Of a stretch of DNA of 23,083 nt, positions 8,561 through 16,267 are shown one piece after another; position 1 is the stretch's first letter; every line of letters begins with the position of its first letter. The position numbers were made by a program, and so were the translations under genes. Location: the NCBI GenBank assembly GCA_043753995.1, contig JAYUVP010000273.1:1-23083 (forward strand), given 5' to 3'. Under the pieces are notes generated by a model. The model ran no database searches. It saw only the letters and a program-made list of their open reading frames with translations, and was not told where the DNA came from. The stretch comes from Fibrobacterota bacterium. Lineage in GTDB: Bacteria > Fibrobacterota > Fibrobacteria > UBA11236.

Positions 8561-8577
8561 TGTAAAAAAATCCGACT
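8561..8577 (-). promoter_or_regulatory. Putative bacterial enhancer-binding protein site (PrsR-type)
   Basis: The minus strand reads AGTCGGATTTTTTTACA (near TGT-N11-ACA, ending TTTACA), separated from the sigma54 site by 37 nt. Confidence 0.55.
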
Positions 8578-8715
8578 TTCCTTCGAAACGCTTTACGCGT
8601 TCCGCGTGGGCCTAAATCCAATTCTAAAGACGATCCACTTATTGTAAAGTCCGCGGTAAAAGCCGAATGATTAGGTGGGTTGTCGTTTAAGAAAAGAATT
8701 CATTCTTGAAATCCG

Positions 8716-8743
8716 GGAACATTTCGCTTCGAGCTCGGTCTTA
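8716..8743 (+). promoter_or_regulatory. Putative ECF promoter of the VWA gene
   Basis: GGAAC-N17-GTCTTA, with the same layout as 5995-6022, 42 nt before ATG 8786. Confidence 0.62.
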
Positions 8744-8785
8744 AGGGTTGTAGGCCGCCTTTCCCTGGCCCGCAAGGAGTCAACC

Positions 8786-10696
8786 ATGCTCGTCCGCTCA
8801 ACCCATTTGCCCTTTGCCTATGGCGCCGCTGCCGTCATTTTATTGGGCGCATGTTCCCTCAAAAAAGCCGAAAGGCCTTCGATCCCCAAAGAGACAGGGG
8901 ACGTCGATGTACTTACGGACAAAGACATCCCTTTGCCTCTTGTCGAGAATGATGTCGTTTCATTACCCGTCCCCACCCAGCGAACCAATGAAGTCTTGGC
9001 AGGCGCGGCGAAGCGCCAGGATATTTTGCGATCGGAACCCAAGGTAAAAGCGGCCCACCGGCCCATGGCGCCAGGCAAAGCCGAGGCGGAATATGCCGCG
9101 AATGCAATGCCATCCTCAATTGCCTTGAAAAAAAGAGCTGTTGGCGGACTCATTGCCGAAGGGGATTTGATGCCGAATTGCTGTCCTCCGGCGCCGTCCA
9201 TCCCCTTGGTGAATCCAGAATTCAATACCGAAAGTTATTCGCCTATCACCGAGAATGGCTTCCAAAATGTCGCCCAAAATCCGCTTTCCACTTTTTCCAT
9301 CGATGTCGACAATGCCGCTTATTCTAATGTGCGTCGGTTTTTGAATGAAGGCCAATTGCCGCCGCCCGATGCCGTGCGCATTGAGGAAATGATCAATTAT
9401 TTCCCTTATCCCTATGCTCAGCCTAAAGGCGAACATCCTTTTTCTATTGCTCTTGATATGGGCAAGACGCCATGGAATTCACAAACGCAATTGGTCTTGA
9501 TTGGCCTGAAGGCCCGCGAAATTGCCAATGCCGATTTGCCGCCGCAAAATCTCACCTTTCTCATCGACGTTTCCGGCAGCATGGATGAGCCCAATAAATT
9601 GCCCTTGCTGAAAAAGGCTTTTGCTTTGCTTGTCCATCAAATGCGGCCACAGGATTGCGTGGCCATGGCGGTTTATGCCGGAGCCGCGGGCGTGGTTTTA
9701 GAGCCTACCGCGGGAACGCACAAAGAGGAGATTCTCCACGCTTTGGAAAGACTGCAAGCCGGTGGAAGCACGGCGGGCGGGGCAGGACTAAAATTGGCTT
9801 ATCGCCTTGCGTCTCAAAGTTTTCGCAAGGAGGGTAATAACCGCGTTATCCTCGCCACGGACGGCGATTTCAATGTGGGCGAAAGTTCCGACGGCGCCAT
9901 GGTGCGCCTCATCGAAAAAGAGCGCGAGACCGGCATTTCCCTGTCGGTATTGGGCTTTGGCATGGGCAATTATAAAGACAGCAAAATGGAACAGCTCGCC
10001 GACAAGGGCAATGGCAACTATGCCTATATCGACAATCTCCAGGAAGCGCGCAAGGTGCTTGTCGCACAAATGGGCGGCACCCTGCAAACTCTTGCCAAGG
10101 ACGTCAAGCTGCAAGTGGAATGGAATCCCGGGCTTGTGAAGGCCTATCGCCTTATCGGCTATGAGAACCGCTTATTGCGAGATGAAGATTTCAATGATGA
10201 CACCAAGGATGCGGGCGAAATCGGCGCTGGCCATACCGTGACGGCCTTGTATGAAGTGTTGCTTGCGGGTTCGGAAATGCCCTTGCCCAAGGTCGATGCC
10301 CTGAAATATGGCAGCAACAAGGCCCCGGAGTCAAACTCCCATTTCCGTAAACCCCAGGTTTACAATTCCATCGACGAGGAAATGCTCACGGTCAAATTCC
10401 GCTACAAGCCGCCACAATCTTCGCAAAGCAAACTTTTCTCGCAAGTGCTCAAAGCCCGTGAAAACCACAGCCTGGAAGATGCTTCGGAAACCCTGCGCTT
10501 CACCGCGGCCATGGCAGGATTCGGTATGCTACTCCGTGAAAGCGCCTTTCGCGGCAATATGTCCTGGGAGCAAATCATCCGCCTGGCCGAAGGCGCGCGG
10601 AGTTTCGACCCTGAAGGCTATCGCGCCGAAAGCATTCGGCTTATGCGCCTGGCCGAGGCCATGCAAGGCCCGAAGGCTCAAGCGCGAATCGACTAA
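8786..10696 (+). CDS. YfbK-like von Willebrand factor A domain lipoprotein (vWF_A N-terminal + VWA + DUF3520-like)
   Basis: AAGGAG RBS and lipobox LLGAC. It has PLSTFSIDVD, VRIEEMINYF, MIDAS FLIDVSGSM, ILATDGDFNVG, YRLIGYENR and DAGEIGAGHTVTALYE. Confidence 0.92.
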   Translation: MLVRSTHLPFAYGAAAVILLGACSLKKAERPSIPKETGDVDVLTDKDIPLPLVENDVVSLPVPTQRTNEVLAGAAKRQDILRSEPKVKAAHRPMAPGKAEAEYAANAMPSSIALKKRAVGGLIAEGDLMPNCCPPAPSIPLVNPEFNTESYSPITENGFQNVAQNPLSTFSIDVDNAAYSNVRRFLNEGQLPPPDAVRIEEMINYFPYPYAQPKGEHPFSIALDMGKTPWNSQTQLVLIGLKAREIANADLPPQNLTFLIDVSGSMDEPNKLPLLKKAFALLVHQMRPQDCVAMAVYAGAAGVVLEPTAGTHKEEILHALERLQAGGSTAGGAGLKLAYRLASQSFRKEGNNRVILATDGDFNVGESSDGAMVRLIEKERETGISLSVLGFGMGNYKDSKMEQLADKGNGNYAYIDNLQEARKVLVAQMGGTLQTLAKDVKLQVEWNPGLVKAYRLIGYENRLLRDEDFNDDTKDAGEIGAGHTVTALYEVLLAGSEMPLPKVDALKYGSNKAPESNSHFRKPQVYNSIDEEMLTVKFRYKPPQSSQSKLFSQVLKARENHSLEDASETLRFTAAMAGFGMLLRESAFRGNMSWEQIIRLAEGARSFDPEGYRAESIRLMRLAEAMQGPKAQARID

Positions 10697-11090
10697 GGCG
10701 AGGCAAAGAAGTCGTATCGGCCGCCGCCAGCAAGGCGGCCTTTACTTTTTCCACCAGGGCTTGAGCTTGTATTGGCTTATTCACCCACTGGAAATCGGGA
10801 ATGTCGGAACTTCGATTTTCGCCTTCATTCCAATTTTTCTCGCCCATATAAAGCGTGGCCATATAGGGAAAATATTCTCGCAACTTTTCAGACAGGGCGG
10901 GCCCGTGATATCGAGGCATGATAAAGTCGGTCAAAAGCAAATCCATGGCGGGAATGCCATTGGCCGCCATGTGCAATGCCGAGAGGGGATGATGCGCTTG
11001 CCAAACGCAAAAACCAGCCTTGCGCAAGCAGGCGGAAATCAGGGGAAGAATGGCGGGCTCATCATCGACTACCAAAATTTGCTTGGCCAT
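10641..11090 (-). CDS. Stand-alone response regulator receiver (CheY-like) protein
   Basis: ILVVDDE, DLLLTDFIMP (phospho-acceptor Asp) and NKP motif; GAGGA RBS before ATG 11090. The 3' tail overlaps the VWA gene by 56 nt. Confidence 0.85.
   Translation of the reverse strand: MAKQILVVDDEPAILPLISACLRKAGFCVWQAHHPLSALHMAANGIPAMDLLLTDFIMPRYHGPALSEKLREYFPYMATLYMGEKNWNEGENRSSDIPDFQWVNKPIQAQALVEKVKAALLAAADTTSLPRLSRFALEPSGLAWPRPGA
10719..10750 (+). terminator. Putative intrinsic terminator of the VWA gene
   Basis: GGCCGCC-8-nt loop-GGCGGCC followed by TTTACTTTTT, 22 nt after the VWA stop codon. Confidence 0.6.
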
Positions 11091-11293
11091 GGACATCCTC
11101 ACGCATCGTCAATCGGCATTGCCACCCTACCCTAATAGGGAGGGTGAGGCAAGGATAGCGGTGGGGGAATGGCTTTGCCATAAGGAATTGCGGAAAATCA
11201 GACCTCAAAGAAATGCAATTACACGGAAAATGAAAGGTTTTAGGCCCAGGGGCTTGGCTTGGGCCGGGGCAGGAATTAGATTACCCGACCCTC

Positions 11294-11370
11294 GGACGTT
11301 TAGCTCAGCTGGTTAGAGTACATCGTTCACATCGATGGGGTCGTAGGTTCAAGTCCTACAACGTCCACCA
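11294..11370 (+). tRNA. tRNA-Val (anticodon CAC)
   Basis: Acceptor stem GGACGTT/AACGTCC, D arm GCTCAGCTGGTTAGAGT, anticodon arm CATCG-TTCACAT-CGATG, T arm GTAGG-TTCAAGT-CCTAC and encoded CCA; 77 nt. Confidence 0.97.
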
Positions 11371-11393
11371 GCTAATCCTCGACATTTTTTCAA

Positions 11394-11438
11394 GCCTTGG
11401 CCTTTTTGAAATTCTTAAAAAGGCAAGGCGACTTTTTC
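11394..11438 (+). terminator. Possible hairpin terminator after the tRNA
   Basis: GCCTTG(G)CCTTTTT...AAAAAGGCAAGGC stem followed by GACTTTTT; it overlaps the stop codon of the convergent gene. Confidence 0.35.
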
Positions 11439-12800
11439 CCAACCGTTATTTCCTCGCTTCAATAAATCAAAGCGGAAACCCTTCCGCCACTCGGAGATTA
11501 GGCTGTCTAAAGTCAGGCGATTATCTAACTGAAAATAACCGTAGTTGTACACATCGATGGTATTGGCCAGCCAAGGCTGGGCTTCACCGTTGAGAACGAA
11601 AATGTGAGCGGACGCAGTATAGGGATTCGACGGGGCGGGAAAAGGAAATTCTAGGGTGTCCACGGCATCACGACAGCTGGAGGAATAGAGAAGATTGATT
11701 TGTTTCTGAAAACTTGTGGGGGGCATGGGCTTGGAGTTGGTATCCAGCGAATCCAAAACTGGCCCCGATTGGTTTACTCCAGTCATCGAATGCAGGCAAT
11801 TGGCGGCGTCAAAAAAGTTTTCGTATGCCCCTATTTTATCCTCAGCCGCATATCTTTGCTGATTTTTCCATGACCACCAGCCCACGGAATCATGAATGAG
11901 TCCGGTAAGGACAAGGCTGTTGCCACGTCTGGAGAAGCGGTGCCCGGTATAACCCGAATCCATGGGGGTGGTTTCGATTGTCCAGGAGGCAGCGGCTTTC
12001 AAACTGGGAATTGGAATGGCGCGAATCCATATCTGCCCGGAATCCTGTACCACCAGGGCATTGAGAGTGTCGCCTTGGAAAATCACGTCGACGTCTTGAA
12101 TCCGAGTTCCTGACTGAAGAAGGGCGCTCCTGAGTGTGGTGCTTAACCTATCCTCGCGCCATAAATTTAAGGAGTGGAACCAATTTCCGATTCGCGTCGA
12201 TTCGGAGTAACTCTGTAATTCGGTGTCACTACATAAGTAATAAACTCGATCGTCGGGACCCAGAAGTCGCGAAGTGGCGTCGGCATCGCAGTAATTGTAA
12301 TCCCCGCTGTAGAAGTGCTGCGTCCATTGGTATCGGCTTCGCCATTCGCCATTTTCCGAGGAATAGAATTTGATCCAAGGCTCATCCCGAACCAAGGTGC
12401 TCACCCGGCCTTTTTCATCAACACGCAGGGAATTGTTCACGCCGAGGGAATAAGCCGAAATGAATTCGGCGGGATAAGGTGAAAGATTTTTCAGACTGGA
12501 TTGTGTCCAAATGCCTTGTTTCCATTTCCATTGCCGCGTCTCATGATTGCGAATGACAAAGGGTGAGGCATCAGAACTCGGCTGGGACGGCGCATACGCA
12601 TGGACATAGTCCACCTGTATATGCAAGGCCCCCTCCTGATCAAATACCATCCCCTGTATTTTTTGCGGATAGACTCCTATCAAGCGATCGAATGAATCGT
12701 TACTGTCATCCCGCCCTGGTTCCGGACTGAAACAGCCGCCCAGAAAAAAGGCAATCACGCCAAGAAGCAGAATTTGAAAAATCGTTTGTTGAAATTTCAT
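11415..12800 (-). CDS. Hypothetical lipoprotein (beta-rich, possibly propeller-like)
   Basis: MKFQQ...IAFFLGGC lipobox in a long ORF rich in Trp/Tyr/Ser. No family recognised; the start was chosen from the signal peptide. Confidence 0.75.
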   Translation of the reverse strand: MKFQQTIFQILLLGVIAFFLGGCFSPEPGRDDSNDSFDRLIGVYPQKIQGMVFDQEGALHIQVDYVHAYAPSQPSSDASPFVIRNHETRQWKWKQGIWTQSSLKNLSPYPAEFISAYSLGVNNSLRVDEKGRVSTLVRDEPWIKFYSSENGEWRSRYQWTQHFYSGDYNYCDADATSRLLGPDDRVYYLCSDTELQSYSESTRIGNWFHSLNLWREDRLSTTLRSALLQSGTRIQDVDVIFQGDTLNALVVQDSGQIWIRAIPIPSLKAAASWTIETTPMDSGYTGHRFSRRGNSLVLTGLIHDSVGWWSWKNQQRYAAEDKIGAYENFFDAANCLHSMTGVNQSGPVLDSLDTNSKPMPPTSFQKQINLLYSSSCRDAVDTLEFPFPAPSNPYTASAHIFVLNGEAQPWLANTIDVYNYGYFQLDNRLTLDSLISEWRKGFRFDLLKRGNNGWEKVALPF

Positions 12801-12885
12801 TCCCCGGAAAATAACTGGTCGCATCTCCAAAGGAAAGTATATTCCCGGTCTCTTTGTCAATGAATGCGCTAAGTGATGGAGTAGC

Positions 12886-13812
12886 ATGCGTGTTTCAACG
12901 GGTGCCGCGATGGCGGCCTTTTTCCTTTGTCTAGGCTTACAGGGTTGCCTATATACGTCACATCATTTCAATACAGGCCGCTTGCTTGCTCCAGGCGAAC
13001 ACCATTGGGAATTCGGAATTGGGCAACAAAATATCGTGGATTATGGCTGCTCCGAAGCGGCAGCGAGGGATGCCTATGCTGCGCTGGACGCCGAGATTTC
13101 CAAGTTGCCAAATCAAACCAAGGCGGAACCTTTTTATGGCGAGCCTCAAGGTCGAGTAGAAAAAGACCCCCAAGGAAAGCCCAATTGCCTAGCTGAGCGA
13201 TATGTCCGTCCAGATTCCAATGACTATGACTATGCCCGGTATACAAAGTCCTTCCCGGTGACGACCCAGTACTCACAATTGATTTCCGCCAGCATGGGTT
13301 GGCGACTTGGAGTACGTGAAAAATGGGGACCCTTGACCGGAGTCGACTTGGGTTGGAAGCTTGAGGCGCCTACTGGGCCAGCAACCTTGGAGCTCGACAC
13401 ACGCTTGGGCTTGCCCTTGCCCGCCGGTTTTTCTCATTGGTCGCATTCTTTGTCGCTTGGCTGGGGCATCGGGGCTTGGGCCGACAATAGTTTGTTTTCG
13501 GAATATGCTTTGAGTCGCGCTTTGGGGAATTATCATCCTTTCGTCAATGCGCGTTTGACTTATTTGGCCACTCAGCCGAGCGACTTGGCCGTGAGGCAAA
13601 CCTTCAATCGCTTCGATACCTATCGTCGATGGGTCGGGCAGGGAATGTTGGGGTGTGAAATAATATTGCCTGATATCCTGCTTCTGCCCAGGCGCATTTT
13701 GCCTACCGTCGGGCTGGCGTATCCGGCCGTGCCATTCACCACCGAATCCGTGCATGTTTTATCCACAGGCGTCGATGTCACCCTGGCCCTGGGGTTGTCA
13801 TGGGGCTTGTAA
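12886..13812 (+). CDS. Hypothetical lipoprotein, probable outer-membrane beta-barrel-like
   Basis: GGAG RBS and lipobox LGLQGC. It has FNTGRLLAPGE, Gly/aromatic alternating strands (MGWRLGV, VDLGWKL, LSLGWGIG) and a C-terminal LALGLSWGL. Confidence 0.75.
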   Translation: MRVSTGAAMAAFFLCLGLQGCLYTSHHFNTGRLLAPGEHHWEFGIGQQNIVDYGCSEAAARDAYAALDAEISKLPNQTKAEPFYGEPQGRVEKDPQGKPNCLAERYVRPDSNDYDYARYTKSFPVTTQYSQLISASMGWRLGVREKWGPLTGVDLGWKLEAPTGPATLELDTRLGLPLPAGFSHWSHSLSLGWGIGAWADNSLFSEYALSRALGNYHPFVNARLTYLATQPSDLAVRQTFNRFDTYRRWVGQGMLGCEIILPDILLLPRRILPTVGLAYPAVPFTTESVHVLSTGVDVTLALGLSWGL

Positions 13813-16259
13813 ACGTGTGGGTTACGGTGTTTCTAGGATGGCTTGCACTTGGCGTCACGGCTTCCTGGGCCCAAGGGGATGATTCAGCGCCTACCGCCAA
13901 TGCGACAACGGCTCCCAAGGATAGCCTCGCTATAGACTTGCCCAGCAAATCCGTGAAGGGCCACGCCAATCAAGTACACCAAAGTGGAGAAATCGGTCGT
14001 GTCCGTTTGAGTCGAGAGGACTTGGCGCGCACCACGGCCACCCAAGGCGATCCCCTGCGAGCGGTTAGCACCTTGCCCGGAGTGAATTCGCAAAACGACC
14101 TTTCCGTTCGGCCTTTCATTCGTGGTGGGAAAGCTGAAGAGACGCGCATTTTTCTGGATGGCATCCTGCTATTGCAGCCCTATCATTTCGGTGGAGCCTA
14201 TTCGCCCTTCAATCCCGAATTGGTGGAAAGGCTGGATGTCTATCGATCGGGAACTTCGGCAACCATGCGTGATGCTTTGTCAGGCGCGGTAGCGGTGAAA
14301 ACACGAAAGCCCGAAAAGTTTGAGGCCATTGGCGATGTGAGTCTCTTGCGTGCCAATGCCGTGGCCGCCTTTCCATTGCCCGGCAAGGTGGTCGGGTATT
14401 TTGGATTTCACACCTACTACTACGATCAGGTTTTTAAAGGTGGCTTGGCTGCTTTAGATTTATTCGTGGACAATTCCGACTTTGAGAAATACAGCGATGA
14501 TGCCGCAGCCTATCTTGATTTGCCCAGCTTCCGGGATTTTCAAGCGGGACTTTTCTGGAATCCGATTCAAACCATTACCTTGCATTGGAATAGCATTTTC
14601 TCCTCCGATCAATTTCGCTATTATCAACCCACTTGGAAATACTACAGTGGGAAGCAAGAAATATCGCCGCGCTATTACGACTGGGCCACCTTTTATCGTC
14701 CTGACGGATTGCGCAAGGAGATAGGTCCAGATACCCTGGCCAATATTGCTTTAACCAATGGCGTGCACTATTTGCAGGGCGAATGGAAGGCCTCCTCCCG
14801 CCTCAAGGTGAAAGGTGATTTTGCTTATCAAAAACAAGCCTGGGACATTGCGTTTTTAGAAAATCGCCAATGGACCGAAGACATGAATACTCAAGGTGAT
14901 TTTCAAGGGCAAATGGTGAGGGCGCCCAGTGAATACCAACTGTCCTTGCGGCGAGATGTATTTCAATTAGGCCTTCAAGCCGAATGGGCCATCGGCGAAA
15001 AGCATTTGTTGACTTTTGGGGTCCAGCGGGAAGCCCGAATTGAAAATTACGATTCCCGCATCCCTCGTCCGATTTATGAAGTCCTGATCAAGGGAAATAG
15101 CGACTTACTTGAAAGCCTCGGATTTTATGGCGTCGAAGGCGCGACCTTTCGCCGGTCTTCCATCGGTGATTTCATCTGGCGCGTCAATCCACTTGACCTC
15201 GCTAAACGCATACGATTCGACTACCAAGGTCGGCAAACACCCGCCTATGGATCCTTTTTCATCACCGATCGATTCGATTATTCCGATCGCTTGCGGCTTG
15301 AAGGTGGGGTGCGCCTGGAGCATGCCGAGACGCCCAATCTTTGGTTCCCTTCGCCTCGCCTTGCGGTGCATCAAAAGCTGACCGAGCGTGATGAATTGAC
15401 GGTTGGCCTTGGTCTCTATGCCCAAACCGATTTGCCTTTCGAAGCTTTGGATCAAAATCCGAATCTGAAGCCGGAAAAAGCCTGGAATTTTTCCACCGGC
15501 CTAACCCATACCTTCGGTGATCGCATTCAATTCCAAATCGAATACTGGTATAAGTGGTATGAAGATCTCGTTGTCGCCCAAACCAGTCCAAATGCAAAGA
15601 TCGATTGGAAAATTGGGCCGATGGATAGTCTCGCATTTGAGAAAATACCGCGAAGTCAACAAGACTTGATTCGCCAGATTTATGGCGATAAAAATTTAGG
15701 CTATAGTAATGAGGGACTTGGCGAAGCCCAGGGCTTGGAGATGTCGGTGAGTTATCGGCCCAATTCGATTTGGACAGGTTGGTTTTCAGGTGAACAGAGC
15801 GTATCGCGTCGGCAAGATCATCGCACCGAGTCTTGGGTGCCCTATCGCTATCACCGGCCTTGGGCCCTCAATTGGGTGAATTGGTGGCATATGCCGAGCA
15901 ACTATGCTCTTGGGACTCGCTTACGCTATGCTGCCGGTCAAGCCTATACACCCTATAGCGATCAAGTCAATGATCCCGTTTCCTTTTCCACCGGCACTGA
16001 AAGTGATGGCGTCAGCGACACCTTGTTGTGGATCGGTAAGCGCAATAGCGCCCGCTATGCTCCCTACCTTCGCTTCGACTTACGCATAAGCCATGACACC
16101 AAGCTATGGAATCATCCTTGTCAGACCTATTTTGAAATATGGAATGCTTGGAATGATCCCAATTTCATAATGCGCGACCAGGAAACCGGTAAGTTCAAAT
16201 TCACTGAATTGAATTATCCGATTCCCGTGCTTTTCTTCGGCATGCGCTGGAGCTATTAA
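13800..16259 (+). CDS. TonB-dependent receptor
   Basis: Plug motifs GDPLRAVSTLPGV, FIRGG, IFLDG, FNPELVERLDVY and LSGAVAVKT. Barrel motifs LEGGVRLE, SPRL, NPNLKPEKA, GEAQGLEM and YLRFDLRIS; C-terminal aromatic FFGMRWSY. Confidence 0.92.
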   Translation: MGLVNVWVTVFLGWLALGVTASWAQGDDSAPTANATTAPKDSLAIDLPSKSVKGHANQVHQSGEIGRVRLSREDLARTTATQGDPLRAVSTLPGVNSQNDLSVRPFIRGGKAEETRIFLDGILLLQPYHFGGAYSPFNPELVERLDVYRSGTSATMRDALSGAVAVKTRKPEKFEAIGDVSLLRANAVAAFPLPGKVVGYFGFHTYYYDQVFKGGLAALDLFVDNSDFEKYSDDAAAYLDLPSFRDFQAGLFWNPIQTITLHWNSIFSSDQFRYYQPTWKYYSGKQEISPRYYDWATFYRPDGLRKEIGPDTLANIALTNGVHYLQGEWKASSRLKVKGDFAYQKQAWDIAFLENRQWTEDMNTQGDFQGQMVRAPSEYQLSLRRDVFQLGLQAEWAIGEKHLLTFGVQREARIENYDSRIPRPIYEVLIKGNSDLLESLGFYGVEGATFRRSSIGDFIWRVNPLDLAKRIRFDYQGRQTPAYGSFFITDRFDYSDRLRLEGGVRLEHAETPNLWFPSPRLAVHQKLTERDELTVGLGLYAQTDLPFEALDQNPNLKPEKAWNFSTGLTHTFGDRIQFQIEYWYKWYEDLVVAQTSPNAKIDWKIGPMDSLAFEKIPRSQQDLIRQIYGDKNLGYSNEGLGEAQGLEMSVSYRPNSIWTGWFSGEQSVSRRQDHRTESWVPYRYHRPWALNWVNWWHMPSNYALGTRLRYAAGQAYTPYSDQVNDPVSFSTGTESDGVSDTLLWIGKRNSARYAPYLRFDLRISHDTKLWNHPCQTYFEIWNAWNDPNFIMRDQETGKFKFTELNYPIPVLFFGMRWSY

Positions 16260-16267
16260 GGGCTACC

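Noticed and set aside
10308..11135. 275-aa plus-strand ORF
   Set aside because: It overlaps the VWA gene out of frame and the receiver gene antisense, and has no recognisable motifs; a shadow ORF.
12836..12860. sigma70 promoter TTGACA...TATACT on the minus strand
   Set aside because: The spacer is only 13 nt (15 nt to TACTTT), outside the canonical 16-18 nt.
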